A stretch of DNA of 59,334 bases, filler included, from Basidiobolus meristosporus CBS 931.73 (Eukaryota; Fungi; Basidiobolomycota), in assembly GCA_002104905.1 (NCBI GenBank). It is 3 parts of 3 records of this genome, joined end to end, with 100 filler letters (N's around TTAATTAATTAA, not from the genome) between each part and the next. Parts side by side here need not be neighbours in the genome. Positions count along the whole stretch, not along the records: positions 1 to 25,045 come from MCFE01000936.1; positions 25,146 to 44,579 come from MCFE01001031.1; 1 more part is not named here. One strand, written 5' to 3'. The position numbers and the translations under genes are program-made. Positions 14,286-25,617 of this stretch are shown here, in pieces. The notes beneath the pieces were generated by a model that saw only the letters and a program-made list of their open reading frames with translations, had not been told where the DNA came from and did not search any database. The first letter of the stretch is position 1. The number at the start of each line of letters is the position of its first letter.

Positions 14286-15782
14286 TAATATCCATGTGCT
14301 TACTTCTATCATGAAAAGTTGGATATCTACCAAATTGTATTCATTATTAATTATCTTGAAATAAAATAATAGGCATTTTTTGACATAAGTCTAAATCTTT
14401 AAAAAGCTTCCTTAACCACACTACTTTACTTGTAGCTTCACAGGCTGCCATATACTCTGTCTTTGTGGTGGAGAGTGCTACATTTGGCTGCTTTCTTGAA
14501 TTCCATGAATTTGCTCCCCTACAGTAAAGAAAGGTGTATCCTGTGGTGGATCTTCTGTCTTCCAAATTTTGTACCCAATCAGCATCTGTGTATACCACAA
14601 GAACTTGTTCTGAGTCCTTGCAGGTGTACTTTATGCAGAAATTAGTAGTTCCATTTAGGTATCTAAAAATCCACCTAACTGCTGCAATATGATCAGATCC
14701 ACAGTTCTGATTTTGCTGGCTGACAACTCCCACTGAATATGAGATGTCTGGACATGTTCCAAGCACGATAAACAGCAGACCGCCAACCTTAGATTGACAA
14801 GGAAAGTTAGGGCTTTCAGATGGCATCAAGCTCTCTTGATTTGGTTGAGTTTTGACTAATTTGAGATTTGTCTCCAATGGGGTAGCTGCCAGTTTATAAT
14901 CTTCTATTTGATACTTCTTTAGTATATCTTGAATATACTTGGAGTGGCTTAAGGTGATAGTCTGGGTACTTCTGTCTATGGAGAACTTAGTCCCTAAGTA
15001 GTAACTGAGTTGTCTTAGATTGGACATCTTGAACTCGTTAGATAGGCTGGATTTTAGTCTCTACCAATGTTTCTAGGTTATTGATGGCTACAATAAGCTC
15101 ATCCACATATAGAGCTAATAGAACTGGATTTGCTCTATCTGGCTTATAGTGTATGCTATAGTCAGCATTACTCCTTTTGAAACTCAGAGATTTGAAATAA
15201 GAATCCATCTTGCAATTCCAGGCTCTTAGTGATTGTCTGAGTTCATATAGCTATCTTTCAAGCTTGCAGACCAAATGGGGCTTATCTTGGTCCGCAAACC
15301 CATCAAGTTGGTAGATATACACATCCTTATCAAGTTCTCCATTCAAAAGTGCAGTTTTTACATCCATTTGATGAATAAAAAACTTATATTTGGCTGCAAT
15401 AGCCATTACTAATCTGATGGAATTAAACTTGGCTACTGGTACAAAGGTCTCAGTATAGCCAAGTCCTTTTGTTTGTAAGTATCCTTTGGCCACAAGTCTT
15501 GCTTTGTATCTCTCAAGTGTATCATTAGCCTTGTCTTTGTCTTAAAGAGCTATCTGCAGCCAGTTGGTTTTTGGTTGATTGGTAATTTGACTAAGTCCCA
15601 AGTTTGATTTTCCATTAGGGCCTGATATTCCTCAGTCATTGCAGATCCCCAATACTCTGTCTGAGGGCTACTTAGGGCCTCTTTTACAGTCTGGGGCTCA
15701 TCAATATGGACTGAATAGGCAAAGGCTAAGTTTGTACCCTCATTGATATAGTAATTTGGGATATTTCTTTTCTGGTTGGATC

Positions 15783-16327
15783 TGTTGTAGGAGTCTTGGG
15801 GATATTGGAAGTGAATGGGCAGACAGGTGGATTATGTGGTTTTCACTTAATGATTTACTGAATGTAAAAGTAGTATTTATACTTTTACATGGTCTTGGCA
15901 TAACAAACACGTAGAATAGATTAAGAAAGGTCCCAAGAACATGTGTGCAAAGTTTGGTGCTGTTTGGGCACCTTATCTAATTTTCATGTTCTGGGTACCT
16001 GATATTTTGGTGAGCATATTCCAAGTCCCAACAAGGAATTTGGTCAGTATTCTCTAAGATCTGAAGGTAATGATCTAAGTGACTAAGTTAAGCCAATATT
16101 TAGGTGGATTTGCAAATTTTTACGACACTAAGAACATGTTTGCCAAGTTTAGGCTGTTTGGACAACTTTGACAATTTTGATGTTATGAGTACCTGATATC
16201 TTGGTGAGCATATTCTATGTAAATCCCAACAAGGAATATGGTCATATTCGCTAGGATTTGGAGGTAATGATCCAAGTGGCTAAGTTAGGTGAATAATTAA
16301 TAGGTAGAATTACAAATCTTTACAACA
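15783..16327 (-). repeat. One full (15783-16127) and one partial (16128-16327) Copia family-1 LTR in tandem
   Basis: Clear homology to 13419-13762. No matching TSD, consistent with deletion or recombination. Confidence 0.85.
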
Positions 16328-17625
16328 CTATTAAGTAAAAGATTAATACTTCATACTCTAAGTAGTCCAAATATCATCTGAGTGGCATTGAGCTCAGTTC
16401 AGACAAAATGTTAGATTGTTTTTTGGGCCATTGAAGCCTTGAAAGATGTTCAAGCTCTTGGAGAAGCCCAAAGGCTTAATACTTGCAATATCTCCTCCTA
16501 GGCTGGTGGCTTGGCGAATCATCTTCATTACTCACCAGAATCTTGCTAATAGCATCATCTTGTTCAAATAAATCTCATGGCTTTTAGAGTTCCTGTTGCT
16601 TATACTACTTTGTCAATATCAGAATGCATATATGCTAATCCTGTTGAGGTTGAGTTGCTAATAATAGCAGTAAGGTAGTAATATATTTGCACAAATAGAT
16701 ACTCATTGAACTATTAGTATCAAAATTTACCCTTTGAGAGCTGTGTATTTTTGCACCTAAATGGTACCAATGGTAGAAGTAACTAAAGCTGAAGCACATG
16801 TAGTGGTACACATGTTGCTATATCTTCCTACAGATGGAAGATCCCCTGACTTTATATCAGGACTCAGAGTATTGGGCACTTTACACAAGTAATCCGCAAT
16901 AATTCACAGGTCCAATTTCAACTCAACTGGATGAGCTTATTACACTAGAAACTCCACAATTCTGATGATGAATAAATATAACTCATTAGAGCCAACTGCA
17001 AAGCCAAGAGTACCAGGTGATAGACTGAGCGGTATACTGGCGTGACAAAAATTATCACAATCACCTATAAAGCAAAATCCATCTGTCCATTAATAGTACA
17101 TATATTGTGTAGGAGTTTCCGAGATACAATCTTGAATTTCATGCCCATATTACACCATTAGCCCGTGCATAGTTTCAGAGCCAATGGGATACACTGTGGG
17201 TGCTGATATTCAATCACCATAATTATGCAGTTTATCCGGGACAGTATTGGTAGAAACAAGAATCAAGCCTTCCATCACAACTGGTTTGGTGCAAAGTTGA
17301 GGTATCACACGCAACAGCCCAAGAACTCTCTTCATCCATCCCAAAATGGAACTCTCTCACCCCTATATCACTGATATACTCCGTAGATCTCCCATCCAAG
17401 AGATTGGCAGGTTAGTCAAGAGTGAAGGCTTATTCTGGGTACCGTATATCGTGGGCAGGTGGGTGAGAACCAGGCCATGACCAGAAATGCCTTGATGAGT
17501 CATATCCTTCATCCGCCTATTCGGAGCGTCGTAAATCCCCAGCTTTATGGATGCCACCTGGGTCGAAACCAATTAGGCTGAATTGGGGTGTGTATTGAAT
17601 AGAATGTGCACAGTTGGTTTTAGAT

Positions 17626-17730
17626 ATCCCAATCCCAATCCCAATCCCAATCCCAATCCCAATCCCAATCCCAATCCCAATCCCAATCCCAATCCCAATC
17701 CCAATCCCAATCCCAATCCCAATCCCAATC
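17626..17730. repeat. Perfect hexanucleotide microsatellite (ATCCCA)17.5, i.e. (GGGATT)n on the minus strand
   Basis: Read directly from the sequence. Confidence 0.98.
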
Positions 17731-17956
17731 TGTAGCTCAATGCTATCAAGAAATGCTGGGTTCTTCGAATTACTCGATAAATCAGTTGGTATCGTAGTCA
17801 TCCTTCTACGAGCAAGGAATACGTTGAGAGGATACTGGCTTCAAGGTGATTTGCACTTTACTAACGTTGCAACAAGGATATCATCAAGTTATATATACTG
17901 ATGGGTATTCATAGAAATTAGGTGTATAAAGAGTTGGGGTTGGTGTTGAGTCAGGG

Positions 17957-20900
17957 CTAGCTTGAATTGGATTCGCTCTTGGATGACCGGGACTCCCCAT
18001 GACGGCGCAAATCCCGTAACTTAGGGTTGTTGACCAGAGTGTATGCCAAATGCCATCTGTTGCGGGCAACCAATCTGCGGCTCTCAAGTCTAGCCGTCAT
18101 GATGGTGATGGATTTCATTTCCTCGACCACATCCTCTTTGTCGCCCACAAGGGCGAATGGTGATCTGATCAGCTTACGCCAGCTGTTGGACTCAATCTTT
18201 AAGGGAGCCTCATGGTGAGACTTGCCCAGCATCAAACAGAGGAACACCATGTTGATTGGATTGTAGTAGTAATGTTCAGAGAGAAGCTAGGAATAAGATC
18301 TGCGTTATCATCCGCACTAACAGGAGCCATTGGGCAAGAAGAATACATACCAATCCCAGGTAGGCGTTGTAGCCGCTATCACTAGATCTGAGGTTGACAT
18401 GTAACACGTTACGATCCACTCTTGAACTGAACATGAAGATCGTGAAGAACGCCTTGATCATTCGTCCAACCCAGCCAGTGATACCGCTGGGAATATGCAC
18501 GAATATGGCCAGGAAAGACCAGTGCATGAATCCATTGCGGCGTCTGAGCCAGAATTTTGTCCCAGGAATGATGAAGATGAGTGTGGTGATCAGCCCGACC
18601 AACTTACTGATGACCCACGAGATAAAGATGGGGAGGAGGAAGGAGAGCAGTAGCCAGCGAACAATGAAGTTTCGAACCGGAATGATCAGAACGATAGCTG
18701 AGATCAGGATCAGGATCAAGAAGAGCTGAATGATCACCACAAGGGAGGCAAAAAAGGCATTTCCGATCGCTGCGCCGTAAAACTTCAGGAAGTCGTTCAT
18801 GCTGATATCGTTGCCCTTCCGATGATGAAACAAAGAATAGTTTCCCAGGCGAAGTTGCACCAGATCGCGTTGGAAGCGATACTTGACTCCAGATGTGAAG
18901 AGGATAATCCCTGGTGCGCAAATCTGTTAGTCACATTCTCGGAAACTACGGCATCAATCTCCATACCAAATCCGCCCACCAAAACACTAAGGAAAGTGGA
19001 GGCTTTCATGGCCAAAAGAACCTTCCCTGCGGTATCCATATCTTCCCCTAATACTCCACCCATCTCGTTGCCAAAAGCAACAGCCTCTGTGACAACACAG
19101 GCCACTGAACTTTGAACAAAATAGTACAGCCGAACCACGAGATATATCATTACTTGCATGATGATGAGTGTGATAGTGGCGAGGGTAAAGTGGATCATAT
19201 CGGGAATTCTGGAAAAAGAACGGCTGAGTCGTTTTGGGATTAGATGCCTGCAAGCTGTCATTACTTACTCGACATAACGGACGATGTCGCGCTTGTATCT
19301 ACGATAACTAAGGACCTCTCCGGGATGACGGATCGTAGCGAAAAATCCAGGTGGGGATTTGTCATCCTGGAACTCCATTTTCCTAGCAACTAGCATACTT
19401 TTGACATACTGAAAGTCAGAAGAATAGGCAAGTACCGCCTCTTGAGATCTGGAAGCTCTTGCGGAGAACATGCAGGCCAGGAAATAGATGATCAAAATGA
19501 AAGTAAACAGCACAACCGGAACGTTGGACATAATCGTTGTGATTCTTCCAAAGCCCAATTCCCGGTAATAGGCTTCCACAATATTACCAATGTACTGGAG
19601 AAACAACGCAGCGGACACGATGACACCCAGGATGCTTCCAAGTAGTTTGTGCGACTGCTCGTAGCACAGGAAGAGTGGATAGAGAAGTAACCCGTTCCAG
19701 AGCAGCAAGAGGATCAAGAAGAGACCTTTGGTGTACTTCGCAACTGTGGGGTCCATGTTTAACATTATCTGAAAGCGATTTTGACCACTCGCAATCTCCA
19801 TTGCGGATACAAAAACCAACTGTGCTACGATCCCGAAAAGGACGATGGATATGCGATTATCTTTTCGACGTTTCAGCAAGTTGATTGGGCTGGGAATACA
19901 CCCGAGTTAGTCGAATCGTACACGGCAAAGCATCATTGTTCTCTCAACTTACATGGGAAAGGGAATATTGTTGCGTCCGAAAATGAGGATTAGAAAGGGA
20001 ACAACTATGATGGCTCCCATTGATACACACATGGCAGCGACCGAAACTGCAGAGCATGATTAGCGGAGTTGGGTGACTTCATTAGATGTAGTTACAGCTT
20101 ACTGTTCTCGAAGTGCTTCACTATATAGGCATCATAGTAGGCTTGTTCAAGGTATAGCACGAATCCATTAAAGCACTTCACGCCATGGCTTGATGCTTGT
20201 AGGATGAGATCAATGGAGCGGGTGTTCGGAGGCACCTCGAAGGGTTGATAAGACTCGATGGGCCACGAATCACGATTCAACCCTTGTACTTGATCAATAA
20301 CGGCGTTGTTAGCATCGTAGAAGGCCAGGGTTAGGTTCGTGTCCTTAAAGCTATATGCAGTGCTAATGGCAATGATCGATTCAGAAGAGTAGCGGATTTT
20401 AGCCACCTATTAGTGTAATTAGTATCGAGAGAATCTCAACGATCGCCACAGGATGCACCTACCATGAGCCCTTTATCTATCTTTGAGATGAACGGAGCTA
20501 TTTTTTCTTTACCGACTGTTTGTTTCAGCTCGATCAAGCTCTCCTGTGCAGGCGGATTTGGCCGAATTGCTGTTGCAGAGCAGCAGACTATTCAGGGCGA
20601 AGATCCTATTTAGCGTACTCGTGGGGCGAATATGAGTTATGAGCACAACACTTACGGCCATTCAACATTATCCATTCATCATTTTTGAACACCCACGGTG
20701 TATTCGGAGCGTCTAAATCGCAACGATCAGAGGGAAGCATGTTCTTTATCCTTGACATCAATACAGTTAATACTATACTCGCAACTGACGATCTACGGGT
20801 GCTTACCCCTCAGAGTTCACTTGGCATTGCATTAAGAAAAGGTCTACAGGGAATTCAAGGCTACTTAATGGACAGTTCAAAAACGGGTCTTTTTCATAAG

Positions 20901-20995
20901 CAATGCGTACCTGCTTCAACCAACGGTGCTAAAACAACACAGAATACAATCGAAAGCCAGAGCAGCAACGACATCTTTTCAGTCATATTTCTCAT
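17957..20995 (-). CDS. STRA6/RBP-receptor-like polytopic membrane protein with signal peptide and an extra N-terminal ectodomain, about 830 aa; exons 20995-20911, 20843-20807, 20750-20656, 20587-20463, 20406-20103, 20046-19953, 19889-19269, 19208-18967, 18910-18351, 18286-17957
   Basis: Nine GT-AG introns (56-68 nt) with consistent phases give one open frame of 2493 nt. STRA6-like motifs: PIPINLL...RISIVLFG, QLRLGN, SRVDRNVL...DSGYNAYLGL..EHYYYNP, ARNRWHLAYTLVNNPKL. Many hydrophobic helices. Confidence 0.85.
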
Positions 20996-22419
20996 CTACA
21001 GTAGGGCCAAGTAGCCTGTGTTCTCTGCAGGTAGGCAAACCGTCTGAAAACTGTCAACAACATCAACGCTCCCGGTGTTTTATATCCCCAGCTTCTGATA
21101 AATCTGGCTGAAAGTTGTATTTGCATCATGATGTTAATCCAGTATCGATTCATATATGGTAGTAATGCAAGTGTTGTTTCCTAAACCAAATGTCTTTAGA
21201 GTTTGAGTAGCGTAGAAATACTGGACTACTGCTATGAGTAGCCTGCTTAAAACCCGGCTCTGCACAAGATACTTGCAGAATACAGTTACTCAACCCATCA
21301 GTATCGCCGCATCTTCCAAATAATGCCCCATGTTAGCGCTTCAATGTTACCTTAACCTTAATTTCTGCTCAGTGTGATTGGTAATCTCAGCTTAATGGGC
21401 TTCAGCCTAACACCAGGTCGCACAATCCTTGTAGTAGAAATAATATTTGCTTAATTGTTTCCCACATAATAACTCACGGATTCTGGGATGTATGAATCTA
21501 GCGCTTCCGGCACAGCAATTTGTCCCCAACACCTAATTTTGGAAATTGGGCCTTGTGGTGAAGCCAGACTTTGCCAGGATATAGGCTTCATCATTGGTTT
21601 GTTGGGATCCGTGTTTGTAGCAAATATAGTAGTAATTCTAACCCCCCCATGATCCACCACCTTACCAAGGTCTTGATTATTGATCCCCTCAGACAGATCC
21701 TGCAGAACCTTCTTTGATCACAACAGTTTGACCAAACCAACCGTGGAGATGTAAGCAATATAGAATGTGTCTGTCTATGATAAGCCCATCCAACAATTTT
21801 GTCTGCGCGGTCATGGTGACAAATCAGCTGATGTTCAAACCCTCAGAGATGCAGCAATAAAAGTCAGTTCAGTACGTTTCAAGTTTCTTGAGTCACACGA
21901 GTGCTTTATCCTCTTTCATGACCAAGGCGGGTCATGATGAGTGACAACTATCAGGATGACTTCTCGTACCAGTAGGTGTATTAGATGCGTCGATGTTGCG
22001 GGTATACATCCAAATTAGGAGAATGACGCTCTTGTGCAAGAGCAATTACTGATATGTAGCCAACTGACTCGCAGTTACCGATTATTTACCACCCAATTTT
22101 CATTTGCATCCAGATGGTCAGGCGAAGGCACATGTGCTAAACACACGTAACTTCTTACGGTGAATAAAGCGGATGTGTCCGCTAATTAATTCGTTCTTTG
22201 CTGCCGCAAGGGACAATCTAAGTAGTATCGCCAGATTCTTTTTCACCTAGTAATTATATGAGAATATGTTGGATGTCGCCTCAGAGAGAAAAAGAAAATA
22301 TATTGTCTGTAAATTGTCGCCACGGTACATAAACGAGACTAAGCTACTGCTGCTAAGGGACCTCTAGTGTATTGAAATCATTACGAAGTCAAATGGTTGC
22401 TTGCGCTAGGCACGAGCCT

Positions 22420-22923
22420 CAGCCTTTAATGGGGCTTCGTTATGAGACTATCCCAACATCTAGCAGGAGGGCACCATATTGTTTGGGTTGCAGTTGAAAT
22501 ATTCAGAGAAGCCGGAAATAGAATCTGTGCTATCGTCCGCACTAACTGGAATCTTTGAACTCAAAGAATACGTACCAATCCCAGGTAGGCATTGGAACCG
22601 CTTGGCATTAGATCTGGGTTTGGCATGTAGCACGTTGTGATCCGCTCAGGAGCCATGCCAGGAGGATGTGAAGATAATCTGGTGCATATGTCCAACACAA
22701 CCAATAAAACTACTGACGATACTTCATAATCTCAAGAAGAAAGAGAAGTATACGGGTTCCGTTCGGTGTTTGAGCCATATTTCTGCCCCAGGAGTGATGA
22801 GGAGCATGGTTGTGATAACCAGGGCCACCTTACTGACAACCCACGAAGTGAGGAGGAGGTGGAAAGTGAGGAGAGTAGTAAACGGCAATTATTGAGGCTT
22901 CGTACCCGTAAAATTCTAACCAA
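22420..22923 (-). pseudogene. Degenerate tandem duplicate of exons 9-10 of the STRA6-like gene
   Basis: Translates as WVVSKVALVITTMLLITPGAEIWLK...DHNVLH...NAYLGL followed by an intron at the same position, then EYFNCNPNNMV. Colinear with 18190-18690. Contains stops and a frameshift. Confidence 0.75.
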
Positions 22924-23579
22924 TTAAGTAGCGTAGCAGTAGTTCAAGACCAGTCTTTTCAAGTAATACTGTTAATATCTAGCTACTTGATGCTCTAGCA
23001 TTGCCTTACCTTTCCAATGATGACCCAGGAGAGCGTTCCAGTGTCACCTTGATCCAACATTAAATCCACTACAATTGGTGTTTGATAGCAACTGACCTCG
23101 GCCTAATGCAAAGTGACACAATTGCTTAGTGAAACTTTTAATGCTTTGAGTAACATCATCCGGCATATTGCTTGCACTATTTCGTCCACTATCCTGATGT
23201 ACTTACTGACATCTCTAATCTTATGAAGGCTTGTCACAAAGTGTATATACCTAGCTTCATGGTATCTGCCATTCCATACACGGAATAGCTCTTGCCAATG
23301 TTATACTTTTCCACTACATGGAGGTTGCGTTATCCCAAGGACATAAATCTCCAACTCTTGATTGACCGTTTCAATGAATTTAGGCATTGATTTGTATCAT
23401 TATCAACACTACTAGAAATACTTGCTACAAAGTAACATGTAAATACAGTGCATTTAAATTTGATACAAAATGAAATATCTCATTTTAATACAAAAGCTTG
23501 ATTGATTTTGCCAAGTTACTGGAGCAGAAGGGTAATCTACTGCTTGCAGTAATATACTTATCTGTAAACCTCATATATT

Positions 23580-23922
23580 GGTTGTGAATCTTGTAACTAC
23601 ACCTAAACATCCACCTAACTTAGTTACTTAGATCATTGTCTACAAATCTTAGTGGACTCAGGTCAAATTCCTTATTAGGATTTAAAAATTATTTTCACCA
23701 AAATATCAGATACCAAGAACATGAGAAATCAATAAGTTGCCCCAACAGCCCCAAAACAAGCACATATGCTCTTGGGACCTTCCTAAAAATACTCAAGCAT
23801 TTATTTTGCCAAGACCACATAAAGGTAGAAATACTACTTTTGCATCCAATGGATCATTGAGTTGAAATTTCATAATCTATTTGTTCTCCCAATTACTTCA
23901 AATATCTCCAAAAATCAAACAA
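23580..23922 (+). repeat. Diverged Copia family-1 LTR in the opposite orientation
   Basis: Reverse-complement homology to 13419-13762. Followed by a degenerate GGTTATAAGCAC PBS-like motif. Confidence 0.8.
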
Positions 23923-25045
23923 TAGGTTATAAGCACCAAGCTGTCACCCTCTGGATTATTTATTACTGCTGTTCCTAGAATCTGTCCCTCTGCCAAGAAG
24001 CTGGATGGATCTAACTGCCAGGTCTCAAAGGTTGAGATGAGAATGCCATTGCTAGGGGTTAGGGGGAAGGAAAGTCACCATGTAGTGAAGTCTTTGTTTT
24101 GCCAAGTGGCTCCACAAAGTCACCAAAGCAAACAGATAAAGAAGCCAGTCAAGTGTTTACATCCTTAAGTAAATAATCTCCCTTAAATATGGTGCCTTAA
24201 GTAAGACTGCACTCAGCTAAATGAAGCTGTTATAGCAAGAAGAGAAGGTTGAGGGGTTTTGGGGGAATCACAAGTTGAAGATGATGCCTGTCTATATAGT
24301 AAGCATTGCAGCAAAGACCTGGAAGCAAGAAGGTGATCTAGAGCCACATCCTTTGCTTTCCTGTTTCCAGCAACTTTCAAGCTAGACCAGTCACTCCAGG
24401 AGACTTAACAAGAATATGCCAACAGGAAGACTTGTGAGAGTGTTGCTGATAGTGCCATTGTTGAACTAGTGAACTATTGGACTGTTGAAGCTTCACCAAG
24501 AAAGATTTTCTAACAAGATTCATCTGGGTTTGATATAGGTTGAATGCAAAAATCTTAATTAGTGCATGCAGATCAAGAGAATCAGGCAAATCAGGGTCTT
24601 ATTTCAAGGATTTCAGCCAATCAGAGCCTTTACTTTGCCCAATGGTTGATCAAGCCATCTCCCAATGAGCACACATCAATTTATTAGTAAAATTTTGCTG
24701 GATCCAGGATTTGAACCCACAACCATGGGTATGGAAGGGTTAGGGATAATCACAAGGGTTAGGGGGGAGACAGTCACCAACAGGTGAAATCTTTATTTCA
24801 GTTGAAACAAAGAAGCCAGCGCTACTGTTGTAGCTTTGATACAAGAGTGTGTAGCTGAGGGGAATTTGTAGGTAAGTTAATAAGAAGTGATGATAGTTCT
24901 TCAGTGCTCAAGACACTGTTCAGTGGGAAGGGGGGTAGCAAGAGAGGTAAGAATGACTTGTGAACAACATTAATGAGGGGAATGTGATAAGGATTGATAT
25001 TCATCATAAAGGGAGTGTGCTGCTGCAGATATTGCTGCCAAAGGT

Positions 25046-25145
25046 NNNNNNNNNNNNNNNNNNNNNNNNNNNNNNNNNNNNNNNNNNNNTTAATTAATTA
25101 ANNNNNNNNNNNNNNNNNNNNNNNNNNNNNNNNNNNNNNNNNNNN
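25046..25145. other. Assembly gap (100 positions of N with a TTAATTAATTAA spacer)
   Basis: N run with the same central spacer as the gap at 44580-44679. Confidence 0.95.
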
Positions 25146-25617
25146 AACATCAGATCCAAATCAAAACGTAAGTTGGATTGTTTACTTAAGCAAGTTTGAG
25201 TTTCTTAGCTGGTTTCTGTATTTTAGTAGCTTTTTCTCATTTAGTAAGTAGAAATACGGACATCACCAATGTGGCAACTTTCCCTCCCCTTAAGTGATGT
25301 GGAATTAACATCATCAAGCGATATTCAATTCTGGATATATTACTATGGATATGCTAAGAATAATTCAGTATCCTAATGTAGCTTAACAGTGCCTTTGTAC
25401 CATTGCTTGGCTTTGATTTATTTAATGTTGAGGAAACGCATAACACGCCGCGCTTGCTTTATTACACCAAATTTCGCTGTATCATAATGAAGTAGGAGCT
25501 TTTAATAGTTAATACTACCTTCGTCACTTTAGTAATAACAGTTTATTGAATGCTTCGTTGAAAATTAGTTTTGGTGTAGATACTAGATGTTTGTGAGTAT
25601 GATTGAATTAACTTTCT

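Larger units (their letters stand above)
13419..15782 (-). mobile_element. Truncated, degenerate Ty1/Copia retrotransposon (RT-RNaseH-PPT-3'LTR)
   Basis: RT motifs (AKGYLQ...YTETF, HQMDVKTALLNGEL) and RNaseH motifs (YTDADW...RRSTTGY, STTKTEY, HMDIRHHF, PTDEMIAAIFTKPL). Polypurine tract (GGGTGGGAG on the minus strand) abuts the LTR end at 13762. Confidence 0.92.

Noticed and set aside
13419-16327. CRISPR-like or satellite reading of the recurring 340-bp units
   Set aside because: TG...CA termini, a PPT and a TSD identify them as LTRs. I saw no CRISPR array, rRNA gene or intact tRNA gene anywhere in the window.
17517-17901. Poly-(IG) and poly-(IP) ORFs
   Set aside because: They are open only because the microsatellite lacks stops. 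The flanks show no coding signal.
25090-25101. TTAATTAATTAA palindrome inside N runs (also 44624-44635)
   Set aside because: Identical spacer at the same position in both 100-base gaps, with stops in all six frames. It is an assembly artefact.
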